Of a DNA stretch of 64,000 nt, positions 41,548 through 52,516 are shown in pieces. The number at the start of each line of letters is the position of its first letter. Within the stretch, counting starts at the first letter, position 1. Below the pieces are notes generated by a model. The model was not told where the DNA came from. It saw only the letters and a list, made by a program, of their open reading frames with translations, and did not search any database. This stretch comes from an uncultured archaeon (GTDB lineage Archaea; Asgardarchaeota; Lokiarchaeia; Sigyniarchaeales; SOKP01), in the NCBI GenBank assembly GCA_964486045.1, contig CAZALK010000022.1, forward strand, positions 1 through 64,000. Direction: 5' to 3'. A program made the translations under genes and the position numbers.

Positions 41548-42141
41548 TTAAAGATTCGAGAGAAATCCAGAAACAGATTCCCCAGAATCTTCATCAACTA
41601 ACCTATCATCTACTTGTTCTCCGATAAAGTCAAACTTATAAGTGCATATTTCCTCGTCAAGCAGAACGCACCCAATTTCCTCCCCACTAACATCTAATTG
41701 TAAAACTTCAAATAAACCATTAAATATCCCTAGGTATAGTAAGCAAAGGTTTTTACTCATTACATTGTCACTTTCCTCACAAGCAAGAGAATCTTTGATT
41801 TCAATTATCATATGGTCTTTTTTAAACGTACCCTTCAGTTGTCCAAATCCCATGAGTTCTATTGCTTCAAGGGAACCCAATAGTACATCTTTTTTAGTTG
41901 ACATGGTTTCACCAGTCCAATCTTTGCTGTAGAAGAATTTTTCCATAAAACCTCTTCCCACTGTTTTACCCACCCAAATGAGTATATCATCTGCGTTGGT
42001 ACCCGCGAATTCTGAGAATTCAATCAAATCTATAGGTCGTAACATCAATAATTTTAAATCCTTCTTGCGATCACCAAAAAACAGCTGCCCCTTTTTCTCA
42101 TCGATATTTATTTGTAATTCTTTCTTCAATCTCTTTTCCAT
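41548..42141 (-). CDS. V4R-domain protein
   Basis: VGKTVG, MGFG, LCLLYLGIFNG, EIGC......C..KF. Confidence 0.75.
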   Translation of the reverse strand: MEKRLKKELQINIDEKKGQLFFGDRKKDLKLLMLRPIDLIEFSEFAGTNADDILIWVGKTVGRGFMEKFFYSKDWTGETMSTKKDVLLGSLEAIELMGFGQLKGTFKKDHMIIEIKDSLACEESDNVMSKNLCLLYLGIFNGLFEVLQLDVSGEEIGCVLLDEEICTYKFDFIGEQVDDRLVDEDSGESVSGFLSNL

Positions 42142-42314
42142 AATATCTCCCTAATCCTATAGTTCCATAAACTAAATAATTCTCGAAGAAGATGTTAGTT
42201 CTTATAATAGAAATTTAATCGGCTAGATATTTAAATTTAATTCTTGAATAGTACAAAGTAAAAATTTATTAAAATAGACGGTAATAGTTTGATATTCAAT
42301 CCACCCTATTGCTT

Positions 42315-43346
42315 TCACGTGGTCAATAAATCAAAGATCGTGTGAATTGTTGCTTCAATATTAAAATTAGTTTTCACTGAGGTAAAAATGAACTTCCACC
42401 TTCTATTTTTGATTTTATCAAATTCAAAGTGTGAGACAATTTCTTCTTCTAAATTCTGAAGTTGAGAATTATCCTTCTCATTTAGTTTAACAACTAAATC
42501 AATCTTATTTCCCATTATCAATAATGGTGTACCATTCAATTCAGAATTGTTCAATATTTTCCAAAGCTCTCTCTTAGATTCTTCAAATCTTCGTTGGTTT
42601 GCAATATCTAACATATAAACAATAATATTGGAATCTTGAAGACCTATGAGCCACTTCCTCCGAAATAGTTGCTGTCCAGGCATATCCCAGACGGCTAATA
42701 ACCCGCTTTCTGATTGAATATATTGTATATCAAATTTTCTTGTTGGTGTGAAAAAATTATCAGTAAATTCACCCGTTTTTAATCTTCGTACAAAACTTGA
42801 TTTTCCAACTTCGTCTATGCCAAATAGAAAAACCTTAAAAAAGGAATCTCTCTGAAAGTGATATTCAATTTCTGAGGGTTTTTCCACAACCTCATCACCA
42901 AATCTTCGAATATCAATAAATATTGAGATTAGAAAATTATCAATTTCGGTATCATCTTCGATGAAATAACCCGAACTACCATTTAACAATTCAGTAAGTA
43001 ACTCTTCAAATATTTCTTTATAGTCATAAGGATTATCTTCATCATCAAAGATTAAGCCAATAATAATGCTTTTATCAATTGATGAAGTGAATATATTGAG
43101 ATCATTAATGTATTGAGCAACAGGTTTATCAATGGTGTAATTGTTTGAATTTTTACACTGTATAGTGCTAGTATTTGACGAGGATTCGTTAATCTCAGCA
43201 GGATGTCCTTGATCATGACCTTTTATAATGTTATTTACGAGGATTTTATCATTAATATTAATTATTTCATTTGGATAACAATAAATATTATGATTTTCTA
43301 AATCTTGAAATTTCTTGCCCTTTAATAAAAAAATGTTATATAACAA
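42315..43346 (-). CDS. Arf-like small GTPase with N-terminal longin-like domain
   Basis: G1 GIDEVGKSS, G3 WDMPGQ, G4 NKID, G5 TSVK. N-terminal IIIGLIFDDEDNPY. Confidence 0.85.
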   Translation of the reverse strand: MLYNIFLLKGKKFQDLENHNIYCYPNEIININDKILVNNIIKGHDQGHPAEINESSSNTSTIQCKNSNNYTIDKPVAQYINDLNIFTSSIDKSIIIGLIFDDEDNPYDYKEIFEELLTELLNGSSGYFIEDDTEIDNFLISIFIDIRRFGDEVVEKPSEIEYHFQRDSFFKVFLFGIDEVGKSSFVRRLKTGEFTDNFFTPTRKFDIQYIQSESGLLAVWDMPGQQLFRRKWLIGLQDSNIIVYMLDIANQRRFEESKRELWKILNNSELNGTPLLIMGNKIDLVVKLNEKDNSQLQNLEEEIVSHFEFDKIKNRRWKFIFTSVKTNFNIEATIHTIFDLLTT

Positions 43347-43522
43347 TTAAATTTCCGAAATTCTTAATTCCTATAAGTTTGAAAATAAAATTTACTTAAA
43401 AAAAGTTTGTAATCTTGCCACTTTTATATACTTTAAAGTTTTCGGTTTAATTAATTAAAGACAACTATTTTATTGTTATTTATAAATAACCTATGATGAA
43501 TATCTAAAAAAAAGGAATAATA

Positions 43523-44956
43523 TTAATCAATTTTTTCTTCCTCAAGTTCACCTGAAGAGTCATCTATTGGTTCGAGTGTAGGTTTTTCATCTGAAACTTT
43601 GTCAGCTTCTCCCTTCTGTTCTTCTTTTGGTTCAGAAGTTGGTTGTTGGCTTGATTCTGGTTCCGACCCTTCAGTTACTAGTGTTTCACAAACAGGACAG
43701 CGACTCCATCCCGGTCTTAAAGCATAGCCACATTTTGTACATTCACCCATTTTTTTATCGGGCTCCCATTCAGGTATATCCAAACCACCTTGTCGTTTTC
43801 GAGACAATTCTTGTAGATCATCCTCACTCCAAACTTCCATACCTTCTGGTAAACTTGTTCCGCGCTCAGCAGAAAATTTATTTAATTCATCTTCCGTCCA
43901 TTCAGGCATACTTGGTTGAGATTGCATTCTTTTTTGTGCCTCAGAGGCTAGATCCTCAGCTGACCAAACTTTAAGTTCTTGACCACCTGTAGTTCTTACT
44001 GCTCCGGGATGTTGAGCTACTGCTTGTGTTTGAGCTAATGGTTGAGGAGAAGGAACGTTACAACTTTCAGCAGAAAATCTTAAAAGAGCTTCAAAACACC
44101 TTGTGAATTGATTTGGGTCTTTTCCTTCATCTACAGTTATCAATAAAGTAGTTTTATCCGCCGTCTGAGGAATAGCAATACTGTACACGGCAATATCTGA
44201 AGAAAGACGACCTGATTCGATACTGGATGCGACTTTCTCCATTGAATTTAGTAATTCATCATCTTTCATTAAAAAATCACAAATTGGATCACCATGTCTT
44301 TGATACCCTTCATGATATTTTGCAAGGTGATTCCTAATCGTTCTGGAATCGAACGAATTAATTATGGCACTTATGTAAGAATAAATTTGAGATTTCGGAC
44401 CTTTATCAGTTTCATCAAGTTTATAATCTCCTAAATCTACAGCACCCATCACTGGGGCAAATAATGGTTTTTCCCCACTCATTTTTCCAAAGATTGTAGG
44501 TCTTGAAATAACACATTTTATTTCTCCATAATAGGCAATTGCATTATCTAAAAGCTCAGCTTTCTTATCGAAAACGATACGGGGAACTGATCGAAATAAT
44601 ACATCAACCCAAGGCATCTCTTTTACAGGAATTATTGCTACACATGTCTTTTCAACTAATTCTCGTAGTTTTTTTACGTATGACTTCAATTCTTTCTTAA
44701 TACTTTCATACTGCTCGTTTTCTAGTTCTTCTTCTGCTCGTTTTTCAAGTTCTTTGAATTTTTCCTCATTTGCTTTTAAATTTCCCCCAAAAGATTTTAA
44801 GCCCCCAATAATATTATCTTTCAGAATAGCAGTTGCATCATCAATCATTTTTTTCTGAAAATTTGTGAGTTCTTGTTCTTCACTAGACACTAAGTATTCA
44901 GCTGGATTAAATTCCAACTTATCCGAAAATATATTAAAAAGTTTTTGTTCTGACAA
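43523..44956 (-). CDS. hypothetical protein with WxxEDL repeats and C-terminal zinc ribbon
   Basis: WSAEDL/WTEDEL/WSEDDL, CTKC..CPVC, acidic tail. Confidence 0.7.
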   Translation of the reverse strand: MSEQKLFNIFSDKLEFNPAEYLVSSEEQELTNFQKKMIDDATAILKDNIIGGLKSFGGNLKANEEKFKELEKRAEEELENEQYESIKKELKSYVKKLRELVEKTCVAIIPVKEMPWVDVLFRSVPRIVFDKKAELLDNAIAYYGEIKCVISRPTIFGKMSGEKPLFAPVMGAVDLGDYKLDETDKGPKSQIYSYISAIINSFDSRTIRNHLAKYHEGYQRHGDPICDFLMKDDELLNSMEKVASSIESGRLSSDIAVYSIAIPQTADKTTLLITVDEGKDPNQFTRCFEALLRFSAESCNVPSPQPLAQTQAVAQHPGAVRTTGGQELKVWSAEDLASEAQKRMQSQPSMPEWTEDELNKFSAERGTSLPEGMEVWSEDDLQELSRKRQGGLDIPEWEPDKKMGECTKCGYALRPGWSRCPVCETLVTEGSEPESSQQPTSEPKEEQKGEADKVSDEKPTLEPIDDSSGELEEEKID

Positions 44957-45708
44957 TTTCTTTCCCTTTTAATCGTTAATAATTTCGATTAATTGATATT
45001 TATAATTATAATATATTATTTCTTTAAAAATACAATTATGAAAATATCAACTAACTTAGAGAACAAACAAGAAAAGGATATAACAGTATGTTTTATTTCA
45101 ACCATAATCCGAACTAAGGAAAGTGTATATTTTAGACAAATTAGAATCTTTTAAAAATATCTATATTTTAATTTCAAAGATTTCATCAATATTATAAGTT
45201 TAGATAAGGAATATTAAAATCCGATTATAAAATTATTGAAGAAAAACCAGTTAATAATTAAAGTAGAATTAAGTGAAAATAATGATCAAAAATCATAATT
45301 ATGTCTGATCCTAATCAATTTTTAATTAGATGACTACTTATTTGAATTAAAAATTTGTTTAAGATTATTTAAATGATTAAAAATTTTTTATTTTTTTATG
45401 GATTTTTTTTAGATTCGTTGTTTAAAGAATAACATAATACTATTTTTTTTTAACCATCTTTTATAATAAAATAAACCCTAAAAATATCGTTAAACTTGAG
45501 GATTTCAGCAACATTTAAAAAATTAACGTATTAATAAACATTTTGGTATTGGAAAAACATGACAAATTAGTCTTTCTTTAATATATTAATCCGATAAAAA
45601 AAAATGTTTATATATTATCATATCATAAAAGATCATGTAAAAAAACTTGTGGTTAAAGGCGATTGTTTTAAAAAAATCTTTAGACACGATGCCGTTTTTT
45701 ATCTTTGA

Positions 45709-46014
45709 ATGAGGAGAAATGATGTGAAGATAGTTACTGTTAACATTCCAGAATCTTATCTCGATAGTATTGAGAGGTTAATTGGTGAGAATGGATTATA
45801 CCCATCTAGATCTGAACTTATACGTTGCGCGGTTCGTGAATTCTTAATAAAAGAGTTAAGAAATGCGAATGAAATGATTAAGTATAAAGAAATAGAAGTA
45901 GAGGAACTCGATGATAAGAACTTTGTTCGGGTACCAATTGAAAAAATGGATGAAAATAATGAACCTGTTCGAGAGTTCAAAACATATAAAATAGTTAAGA
46001 GACTTGAGTATTAA
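45709..46014 (+). CDS. ribbon-helix-helix transcriptional regulator
   Basis: IVTVNIPESYL...YPSRSELIRCAVREFL. Confidence 0.85.
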   Translation: MRRNDVKIVTVNIPESYLDSIERLIGENGLYPSRSELIRCAVREFLIKELRNANEMIKYKEIEVEELDDKNFVRVPIEKMDENNEPVREFKTYKIVKRLEY

Positions 46015-46250
46015 AAATTCCAATGCATTTTAAGGTTAGAATAGGACCAATCTTTCCTTATTTTCTTTTTTTATTTTTATTTACCACCTTTGTAATTTTG
46101 TACTTTATGTAATTAGATATTTCAGTAAGAAATAAATAAGATAGGAGTATTAAATTCTAAGGTAATATATAGTTTGAAACAAAATATGAGGTAATTTTCA
46201 TTTCTGGTATTAGGAAAGATTCTAAGAAAGAAGAATTCACAACAAAGTTT

Positions 46251-47483
46251 ATGGAATGGGGAATCATTAATAGAGAAAACTGGGAAGATAAAACTACATT
46301 TGATTTACCGATTAAGCGATGGGATCCTCTTTCAACAGTAAGGATTACTTCCGAAGATTTTGGCTCTCGAAAAGGGCGAGCAAGATATTATGGTCATTAT
46401 TCCTACATATCCCCAATACGGGGAACAAGACCAAAAGGATTTAAGACAAAGGAAGAAGAAAAAAAATTCTTTGACTGTTCTAAAAAAGTGTTGAAAAAGC
46501 ATCGAGACGTATTTTCCTCAGTTACAGAGGGAAAGCAAGTTTACAATGGATTTGGAAAGTCAATAGGTGATGGATTTACAATAATTACTAACCAAGATGA
46601 GATAAGGCGAGATAATCCTTTTTTGGAAAAACCTCACCGAATCGAAAAAATACCAGATACAACGAAAGCCATCACTCTCATTAATAGATATCCTTCTATG
46701 GCTAGAGTTGTTGATGCAAAAGTAGAGCAAGATATAAAAGATAATCTACCTCCTCAATTAAAGCTTTCCAGGGGTATCAACTTAGTTACTACCTCAAGGC
46801 ATTTCTATCCTTCCTTATGTTTTGATTTAATTCCCACTGATGTTTTAACTGGAATTTTTCTTTCTATGAAGGCCGCAATACTTTACTCTATAGAAGAAGC
46901 AATTAACAGAGATTATTATGATATCCCATGTATGTCATTTTTTAACATTGGAAAAAAAGCTGGTGGTTCTCAACCAAGAATTCATAGCCAAACTTATATT
47001 GATTTAAATATGGATGGGCACGGAAGTCGTTTAGAAGGATACTTAGAAGCGTTTAAGGAAATGGGAGACGATTGCCATATCTGTCAAACTACCCATGGAA
47101 ACACTGATCGTATTATATTAAAAACTGAATTCTGGACATTTTACAATACAGGAAGCCCAGTGAGAAATTATCATATCAGGTTTCATCCAACTGAACATAT
47201 TAGGAGGTTTTCTCAATTGAAAATAAACCAAATTAAAGATCTTGCTGTTGCTTTAAAAATCATTTTCCAAGCATTAGATGATATAAAAATAGACAGTAAT
47301 CGTAATATCTTGTTCAATTGTTGTCCTTATGGATACGATGCTGGCTTCCATATGTTTGCAGATATTATTCCTCACGAAATTATTGGAGGTGCTGAAATGG
47401 CAGACGATATGCGAGTGGCTAGGAAATTACCACACAAGGCTGCTAGTGAAATTAGAAAGTCGTTAGAAAAATACCTTAATTAG
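46251..47483 (+). CDS. GalT/HIT-superfamily nucleotidyltransferase or phosphorylase
   Basis: SPIRGTRP, NRYP, FNIGKKAGGSQPRIHSQ (GalT HxHxQ variant), CHIC, GGAE. Confidence 0.7.
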   Translation: MEWGIINRENWEDKTTFDLPIKRWDPLSTVRITSEDFGSRKGRARYYGHYSYISPIRGTRPKGFKTKEEEKKFFDCSKKVLKKHRDVFSSVTEGKQVYNGFGKSIGDGFTIITNQDEIRRDNPFLEKPHRIEKIPDTTKAITLINRYPSMARVVDAKVEQDIKDNLPPQLKLSRGINLVTTSRHFYPSLCFDLIPTDVLTGIFLSMKAAILYSIEEAINRDYYDIPCMSFFNIGKKAGGSQPRIHSQTYIDLNMDGHGSRLEGYLEAFKEMGDDCHICQTTHGNTDRIILKTEFWTFYNTGSPVRNYHIRFHPTEHIRRFSQLKINQIKDLAVALKIIFQALDDIKIDSNRNILFNCCPYGYDAGFHMFADIIPHEIIGGAEMADDMRVARKLPHKAASEIRKSLEKYLN

Positions 47484-47642
47484 AGAGGACACTCCAATAA
47501 CTTTGAAGTAGAATAAAAACCTACAACTGTTAGTTTAAGGCTTACTACTCCCCTTTTTAATAAGTTTTAAATTCCAATGAAAATTACATTTAAATCTACT
47601 AAATTTTATATATTAAATGAATATTTTTTTGTGAGTTTCATT

Positions 47643-48791
47643 TTGAGAGAATGGTCTGCGATTATCCTTGCAGGTGGTAAAGGTAAACGTTTAATGCCTT
47701 TGACCTCTTTAATTCCAAAACCACTAGTTAAGGTAACTAATGTGCCTATGATAGATTATGCGATTGCACATTTAATATATGCAGATATTAAACATATAGT
47801 AGTTGCTTTAGCTTATAAGGGAGAATTGTTAGAAGAATACTTAAAAAAAACCTGGACTCGGGATAAATTAGGTGATATAGAACTGGAATGCGAAGTTCAA
47901 GATAGTCGAGGAACAGCGGATGCATACAGAATGTTAACGGATTATGTAGATTCTGACAATGTAGTGGTATCAATGGGGGATTTAGTCACCAATCTTCCAA
48001 TGAAAGATTTTATGAAATTTCATTCAGAAAAAGAAGGTCTAGCTACAATTTCAATGAAAACTGTTGAAAGTCATATTTCTCAATATGGTGTAGTTTTATT
48101 AGATAAAAATCGAAAAATTTATCTCTTCTTAGAAAAACCTGCACCGATGGAATTATATGTAAGCAGTATGTCCCAGAGGGCAGACCTATTCCTCCATACT
48201 AATATAATAAATACAGGGATCTATTGTTTTAAGAAAGAAATCTCAAATATTCTTCATAGTACTGCTCTAATGGATTTTGGGGGTGAAGTATTTCCATATC
48301 TTCTTGAAAATAGATATGATCTGTATGGGTATGTAAAAAATTACTATTGGATGGATGCCGGAAATTCTACTACATATTTATGGGCAAATTGGGATTTACT
48401 TCGAAAATATGCATGGCCAATTTCTCCTAATGGCGTGGAGTACGACGGGATATACGTGATGGGAGTGATTAATTCTGGTCAAAATATTATCATTGATAAA
48501 CCAACGTGTTTTGGAGAACTTGTTCAATTAGATAATAGAGTACGAATAGGGGAGCTCTCTTCAATTGGAAGCAAAGTTTTAATAGGAGAGGATACCATGA
48601 TTGAAAAGAGTGTTGTATGGAATAATGTAAAAATTGGAGCAGGTTGTATTATAACAAACAGTATAATATGTAATGATTGTGAAATAGGTGATAATGTAGT
48701 TTTAGAAAAAGCTACAGTTGCTCCAAATTGTAAAATTAGCAGCAATTCTCAAATTAGAAACCGAGCATTAGAATTAGGCTTAACCATTTAA
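47643..48791 (+). CDS. sugar-1-phosphate nucleotidyltransferase (GlgC/ManC-like) with left-handed beta-helix
   Basis: ILAGGKGKRLMPLT..IPKPL, GTADA, FLEKP, DFG, YWMDAG, hexapeptide repeats. Likely TTG start at 47643. Confidence 0.88.
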   Translation: MREWSAIILAGGKGKRLMPLTSLIPKPLVKVTNVPMIDYAIAHLIYADIKHIVVALAYKGELLEEYLKKTWTRDKLGDIELECEVQDSRGTADAYRMLTDYVDSDNVVVSMGDLVTNLPMKDFMKFHSEKEGLATISMKTVESHISQYGVVLLDKNRKIYLFLEKPAPMELYVSSMSQRADLFLHTNIINTGIYCFKKEISNILHSTALMDFGGEVFPYLLENRYDLYGYVKNYYWMDAGNSTTYLWANWDLLRKYAWPISPNGVEYDGIYVMGVINSGQNIIIDKPTCFGELVQLDNRVRIGELSSIGSKVLIGEDTMIEKSVVWNNVKIGAGCIITNSIICNDCEIGDNVVLEKATVAPNCKISSNSQIRNRALELGLTI

Positions 48792-48899
48792 TATTACTCA
48801 ACATGTTAAGGCTCCCAATTACCATTAAATGATAAATTTATATTTTTAAAAGTAATAATTATTATTATTGTTTTTATAACTAACATCCTTGATTAAGAG

Positions 48900-49310
48900 A
48901 TGACGTACTGTACTAATTGTGGAAGTGAAATCGAAGATTCCTGGAATGCTTGCCCTAACTGTGGAAAGGTTTTAAGAGAAACAAAAGCCCCTCAACAACA
49001 GGCAGCACCTCGGATTCAACCACCACCACCACAACCATATCAACGAAGTTATTCTTCGGGTGGGGGAAATATATATGGCACAGTTGCCTTAGTTTGCGGT
49101 CTAATTGGTTTGTTTGGTGTTGTTCTTTATTTCGGTATTGTCTTAGGAATAGTTGCAATAGCATTGGGAGGCATAGGATTAAGTAGAGATAATAATAATG
49201 CTATGGCGATTATAGGTTTAATTTTAGGAATAATAGACTTTGTATGCTGTATAGCTTTCTATTTCCTGATCTTTTCATTGTTATCATTGTTTTCGTTTGT
49301 ATTTTGGTAA
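48900..49310 (+). CDS. zinc-ribbon/DUF4190-like membrane protein
   Basis: CTNCG..CPNCG, Pro/Gln linker, two TM segments. Confidence 0.75.
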   Translation: MTYCTNCGSEIEDSWNACPNCGKVLRETKAPQQQAAPRIQPPPPQPYQRSYSSGGGNIYGTVALVCGLIGLFGVVLYFGIVLGIVAIALGGIGLSRDNNNAMAIIGLILGIIDFVCCIAFYFLIFSLLSLFSFVFW

Positions 49311-49393
49311 CAAATCTGGTACCAATATTAACCAAATTGTCTTTGACATTTTCGGTAGAATGTTAAAACTATTAAAATTGGTTTGAACTAAAA

Positions 49394-50083
49394 ATGAAAC
49401 AATTAAAATCTAGTCAAAATACAGAAAATAAAGGAGATCCTAGTTCATTAGATAGTACTAAACAAAAATATGGAAAGATTAAGAAGCTTCTTTTAAATAT
49501 TAAAAGTTTTCTCCCATTTTTTTTTAGTCATCACCCAGAGTGTGAAAAATTTAAAGAGCACACAATAAATGTTGGTAAAATTAAATTATGTATAGGATGC
49601 TTTATTGGCTATCCAACGGCAATTGGTGCACTTTTTCTTATTAGAATCTTAAATTTGTATCTCCTGTTCAGTACACAACCTTTTTTTTTCTTAAGTGTTG
49701 TTTTATTAGGAACTTTTTTCTTAAGCCCTTTAAAATTAACAGAAAATAAAAAAATTAAGATAATTCAGAAATTCTTGATAGGAATTGGGGCGGCTATGTT
49801 ATTTAATTGGATAATGGAACGACCTTACTCATTTAAAGTAAATATAAGAACAGCATTTATTGTTTTTTATATTTTATTAGTGATATTAAATTTACACCAT
49901 GTTTACGGCATTTTAAGCTCTTGTTATATGTGTAAAACACCGTTTAGCTGGGGTAGGTGTGCTGGTTTTAGTAATATAAGAGCTAAGATGGAAAAAAATG
50001 GTTTAAATAATTTTCTCTTAAAGTTCGAAAATTTCTCGAGTAAATTATTAGAAAAGAGAGATAAGAGAAATAGTAGACATTAA
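49394..50083 (+). CDS. membrane protein with conserved His/Cys motifs
   Basis: SHHPEC..HT..LCIGC, 4 TM segments, CYMC..C. Confidence 0.6.
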   Translation: MKQLKSSQNTENKGDPSSLDSTKQKYGKIKKLLLNIKSFLPFFFSHHPECEKFKEHTINVGKIKLCIGCFIGYPTAIGALFLIRILNLYLLFSTQPFFFLSVVLLGTFFLSPLKLTENKKIKIIQKFLIGIGAAMLFNWIMERPYSFKVNIRTAFIVFYILLVILNLHHVYGILSSCYMCKTPFSWGRCAGFSNIRAKMEKNGLNNFLLKFENFSSKLLEKRDKRNSRH

Positions 50084-50188
50084 ATTATTTTTATACTCTG
50101 TTGAGACTATATTGGTCTAGATGAATATTTTACGAAAATGTAGTTGAAAGAAACTAAAATTATAATTGATGTCTATTATTTCATAATT

Positions 50189-51784
50189 ATGACTCTTGGA
50201 TATCTCGGATTAATCCTCCATGGGCATATTCCTTGGTGTAAAAAGTCGGGAGTTTGGCCAGCAGGAGAAGAATGGCTCATGGAAGCAATGAATGAGACAT
50301 ATATTCCAATGTTAAATGTTTTAAGGGAATTTAAAGAAAGAGGAGTAAAAACAGCACTAACAATAAGTATTACTCCTATTTTGGCTGAACAGTTAGCAGA
50401 TGATTATATGAAACAAAGATTTTCAGAATACATGGAAAATTTAATTTCAAGGGCAAAAAAAGATATTACAAGATTCGAAAACCATCTTGAAAGGAAAATT
50501 ATAGCAGAATTTCATTTAAGAAATTTTGAGTATGTCTTAGAATCGTTTTATCATAATTACTATAGAGACATATTAGGAAGTTTCAAATGGTTACAAGATG
50601 AAGAAATTATTGAAATAATAACATGTGGGGCCACACACGGATTTTTACCACTTTTTGAGAGCGATTCTGGAATTTTTTCTCAAATTCAAATGGCGGTAGA
50701 CACTCATAAAAAATATTTCAACAAAGAACCAAAAGGAATTTGGCTTCCGGAATGCGCTTATCGCCCAAAAGACTACAGAGATGATAAATTTCGAGAAAGT
50801 ATTGAGTACTGGTTGAATAATTCTAACCTTGAATATTTTTTTGTTGATTCTCATGGAATTATTGACGCCGAGATTATTCAACACAGAAATGAAATTGGTT
50901 TGAATACAAATTTTGGTTATAAATTACAGAATGAAATTTCGGTTTTTGGGAGAAATATAACTATTAGTAAACAAGTTTGGGATGCTAAAATTGGTTACCC
51001 AGGGAATGAGTTTTACAGAGAATTTCATAATAAAGATCACGAGTCTGGGTTACATTATAATCGAATTACAAACAAATTACTACCACAGAATGAGAAAGAA
51101 TTATATAACATAAAAAATGCAGATAAAACAGTTGATTCTGATGCTTATCATTTTATCACACTAGTATCAAATGAGCTAAAGCAGGAATCTGAATCGTTTG
51201 TAGACAAGGGAATTGTAGTTTGCGCCTTTGATTTCGAATTGTTTGGGCATTGGTGGTTAGAGGGTGTAGATTGGTTAAAAAGAATTATAGAAATTATATC
51301 TACCGATAGTACTGTTGAATTAATCTCGATATCTGATTATATCTCTCAATATAAGGATAATTTCTCAATAATTAAAATGAGAGAAAGTAGTTGGGGAGAA
51401 GGAGGTGATTTTAGGGTATGGAAAAACCCTGATCATGATTGGTTATGGTCATATATAAATGGCTCAATAAAGGATTTTGAAGAAGTTTTAGAAAATAATC
51501 CAATTCCTGATGAGTTACAATTAAGGATCCTGAAACAAACCGCTAGAGAATTATTGTTAATGGAGGGAAGTGATTGGCCTTTCCTTATGTATACAGAACA
51601 AGCGAAAGAGTACGCTAATAAAAGGTTTCATCATCATCATCAAAGGTTTCTTAAATTATTATGGGCAGCGAAAAATTTCAATGACGAAAATAGAATTAAC
51701 AGAGGAGAATTGAACGAGATTGAGTCCATTGATTCCTGCTTTCAAGATATAGATATCAACTATTTTAGAAAAAGAAAGTTGTAA
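50189..51784 (+). CDS. GH57 1,4-alpha-glucan branching enzyme (DUF1957 type), intron-less paralogue
   Basis: LHGHIPW, ETYIP, ATHG, WLPECAY, FDFELFGHWW, SSWG, ARELLLMEGSDW. ATG at 50189. Confidence 0.9.
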   Translation: MTLGYLGLILHGHIPWCKKSGVWPAGEEWLMEAMNETYIPMLNVLREFKERGVKTALTISITPILAEQLADDYMKQRFSEYMENLISRAKKDITRFENHLERKIIAEFHLRNFEYVLESFYHNYYRDILGSFKWLQDEEIIEIITCGATHGFLPLFESDSGIFSQIQMAVDTHKKYFNKEPKGIWLPECAYRPKDYRDDKFRESIEYWLNNSNLEYFFVDSHGIIDAEIIQHRNEIGLNTNFGYKLQNEISVFGRNITISKQVWDAKIGYPGNEFYREFHNKDHESGLHYNRITNKLLPQNEKELYNIKNADKTVDSDAYHFITLVSNELKQESESFVDKGIVVCAFDFELFGHWWLEGVDWLKRIIEIISTDSTVELISISDYISQYKDNFSIIKMRESSWGEGGDFRVWKNPDHDWLWSYINGSIKDFEEVLENNPIPDELQLRILKQTARELLLMEGSDWPFLMYTEQAKEYANKRFHHHHQRFLKLLWAAKNFNDENRINRGELNEIESIDSCFQDIDINYFRKRKL

Positions 51785-51787
51785 TTT

Positions 51788-52309
51788 TTATTTAATTACC
51801 AGAACATCACAAGGAGCGTCTTTCATCACACTTTCCGCTACAGAACCTAAAAATATTTGACTTAGCTTAGAATGTATCCCTTTAATACCTACAACTACTA
51901 GATCGAATTTCTCACTTTCTACAACTCTTTGAATATAATCTTCAGGATAGTCTTCTGTAACCAAACTAGTTTCGGTAGGTATTTGTAATTCTTCAAAAAT
52001 GGCTTTTTTGTCAGCTAATATACTCACGCCTATGTCTTCAATCTCAGATTCGCTTAATCGTTTTATGTTAGGAATATCTTCTTCCTTTATTAACACAGGA
52101 CGTGCGGTGGATGTCCCATCAAAGTAAGCATCAGAAGCATATGGTACAGTCCATCCATGAGAAGGAGGAGAAACTTTCTCTAGCATATGCTTAACAGAAT
52201 GGAATATATGAATCTGACTACCCCATTTCTTATAGAATCCAATTATAATTGCAGAACCGCGATTTAGATGTTCAGATCCGTCTGTAGCTAGTAAAATTTT
52301 CTTATACAT
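51788..52309 (-). CDS. universal stress protein
   Basis: KKILLATDGS...DLVVVG..G......LGSVAE...APCDVLVIK. Confidence 0.9.
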   Translation of the reverse strand: MYKKILLATDGSEHLNRGSAIIIGFYKKWGSQIHIFHSVKHMLEKVSPPSHGWTVPYASDAYFDGTSTARPVLIKEEDIPNIKRLSESEIEDIGVSILADKKAIFEELQIPTETSLVTEDYPEDYIQRVVESEKFDLVVVGIKGIHSKLSQIFLGSVAESVMKDAPCDVLVIK

Positions 52310-52516
52310 ATCAATACTCTCAATGTAATTTTAGTTTTTAAATTTATTTTCTTTAATTTATAATTATATATGCAGATTTTGATATTTTGGGTATTATAGT
52401 TAATCTAAAAAGTCAGTTTTTAATAATAAATTATTTATAATTATTTATAATCACCTTTATGTATTATTCTTGGTTTTTAATACAATAATTATTGGAATTA
52501 TTGAGATGATAAACCT

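Noticed and set aside
48135-48210. About 12-aa insertion after EKP in the nucleotidyltransferase with partial self-complementarity
   Set aside because: It is in frame, has no stop and does not fit a BHB. It is most likely a protein loop.
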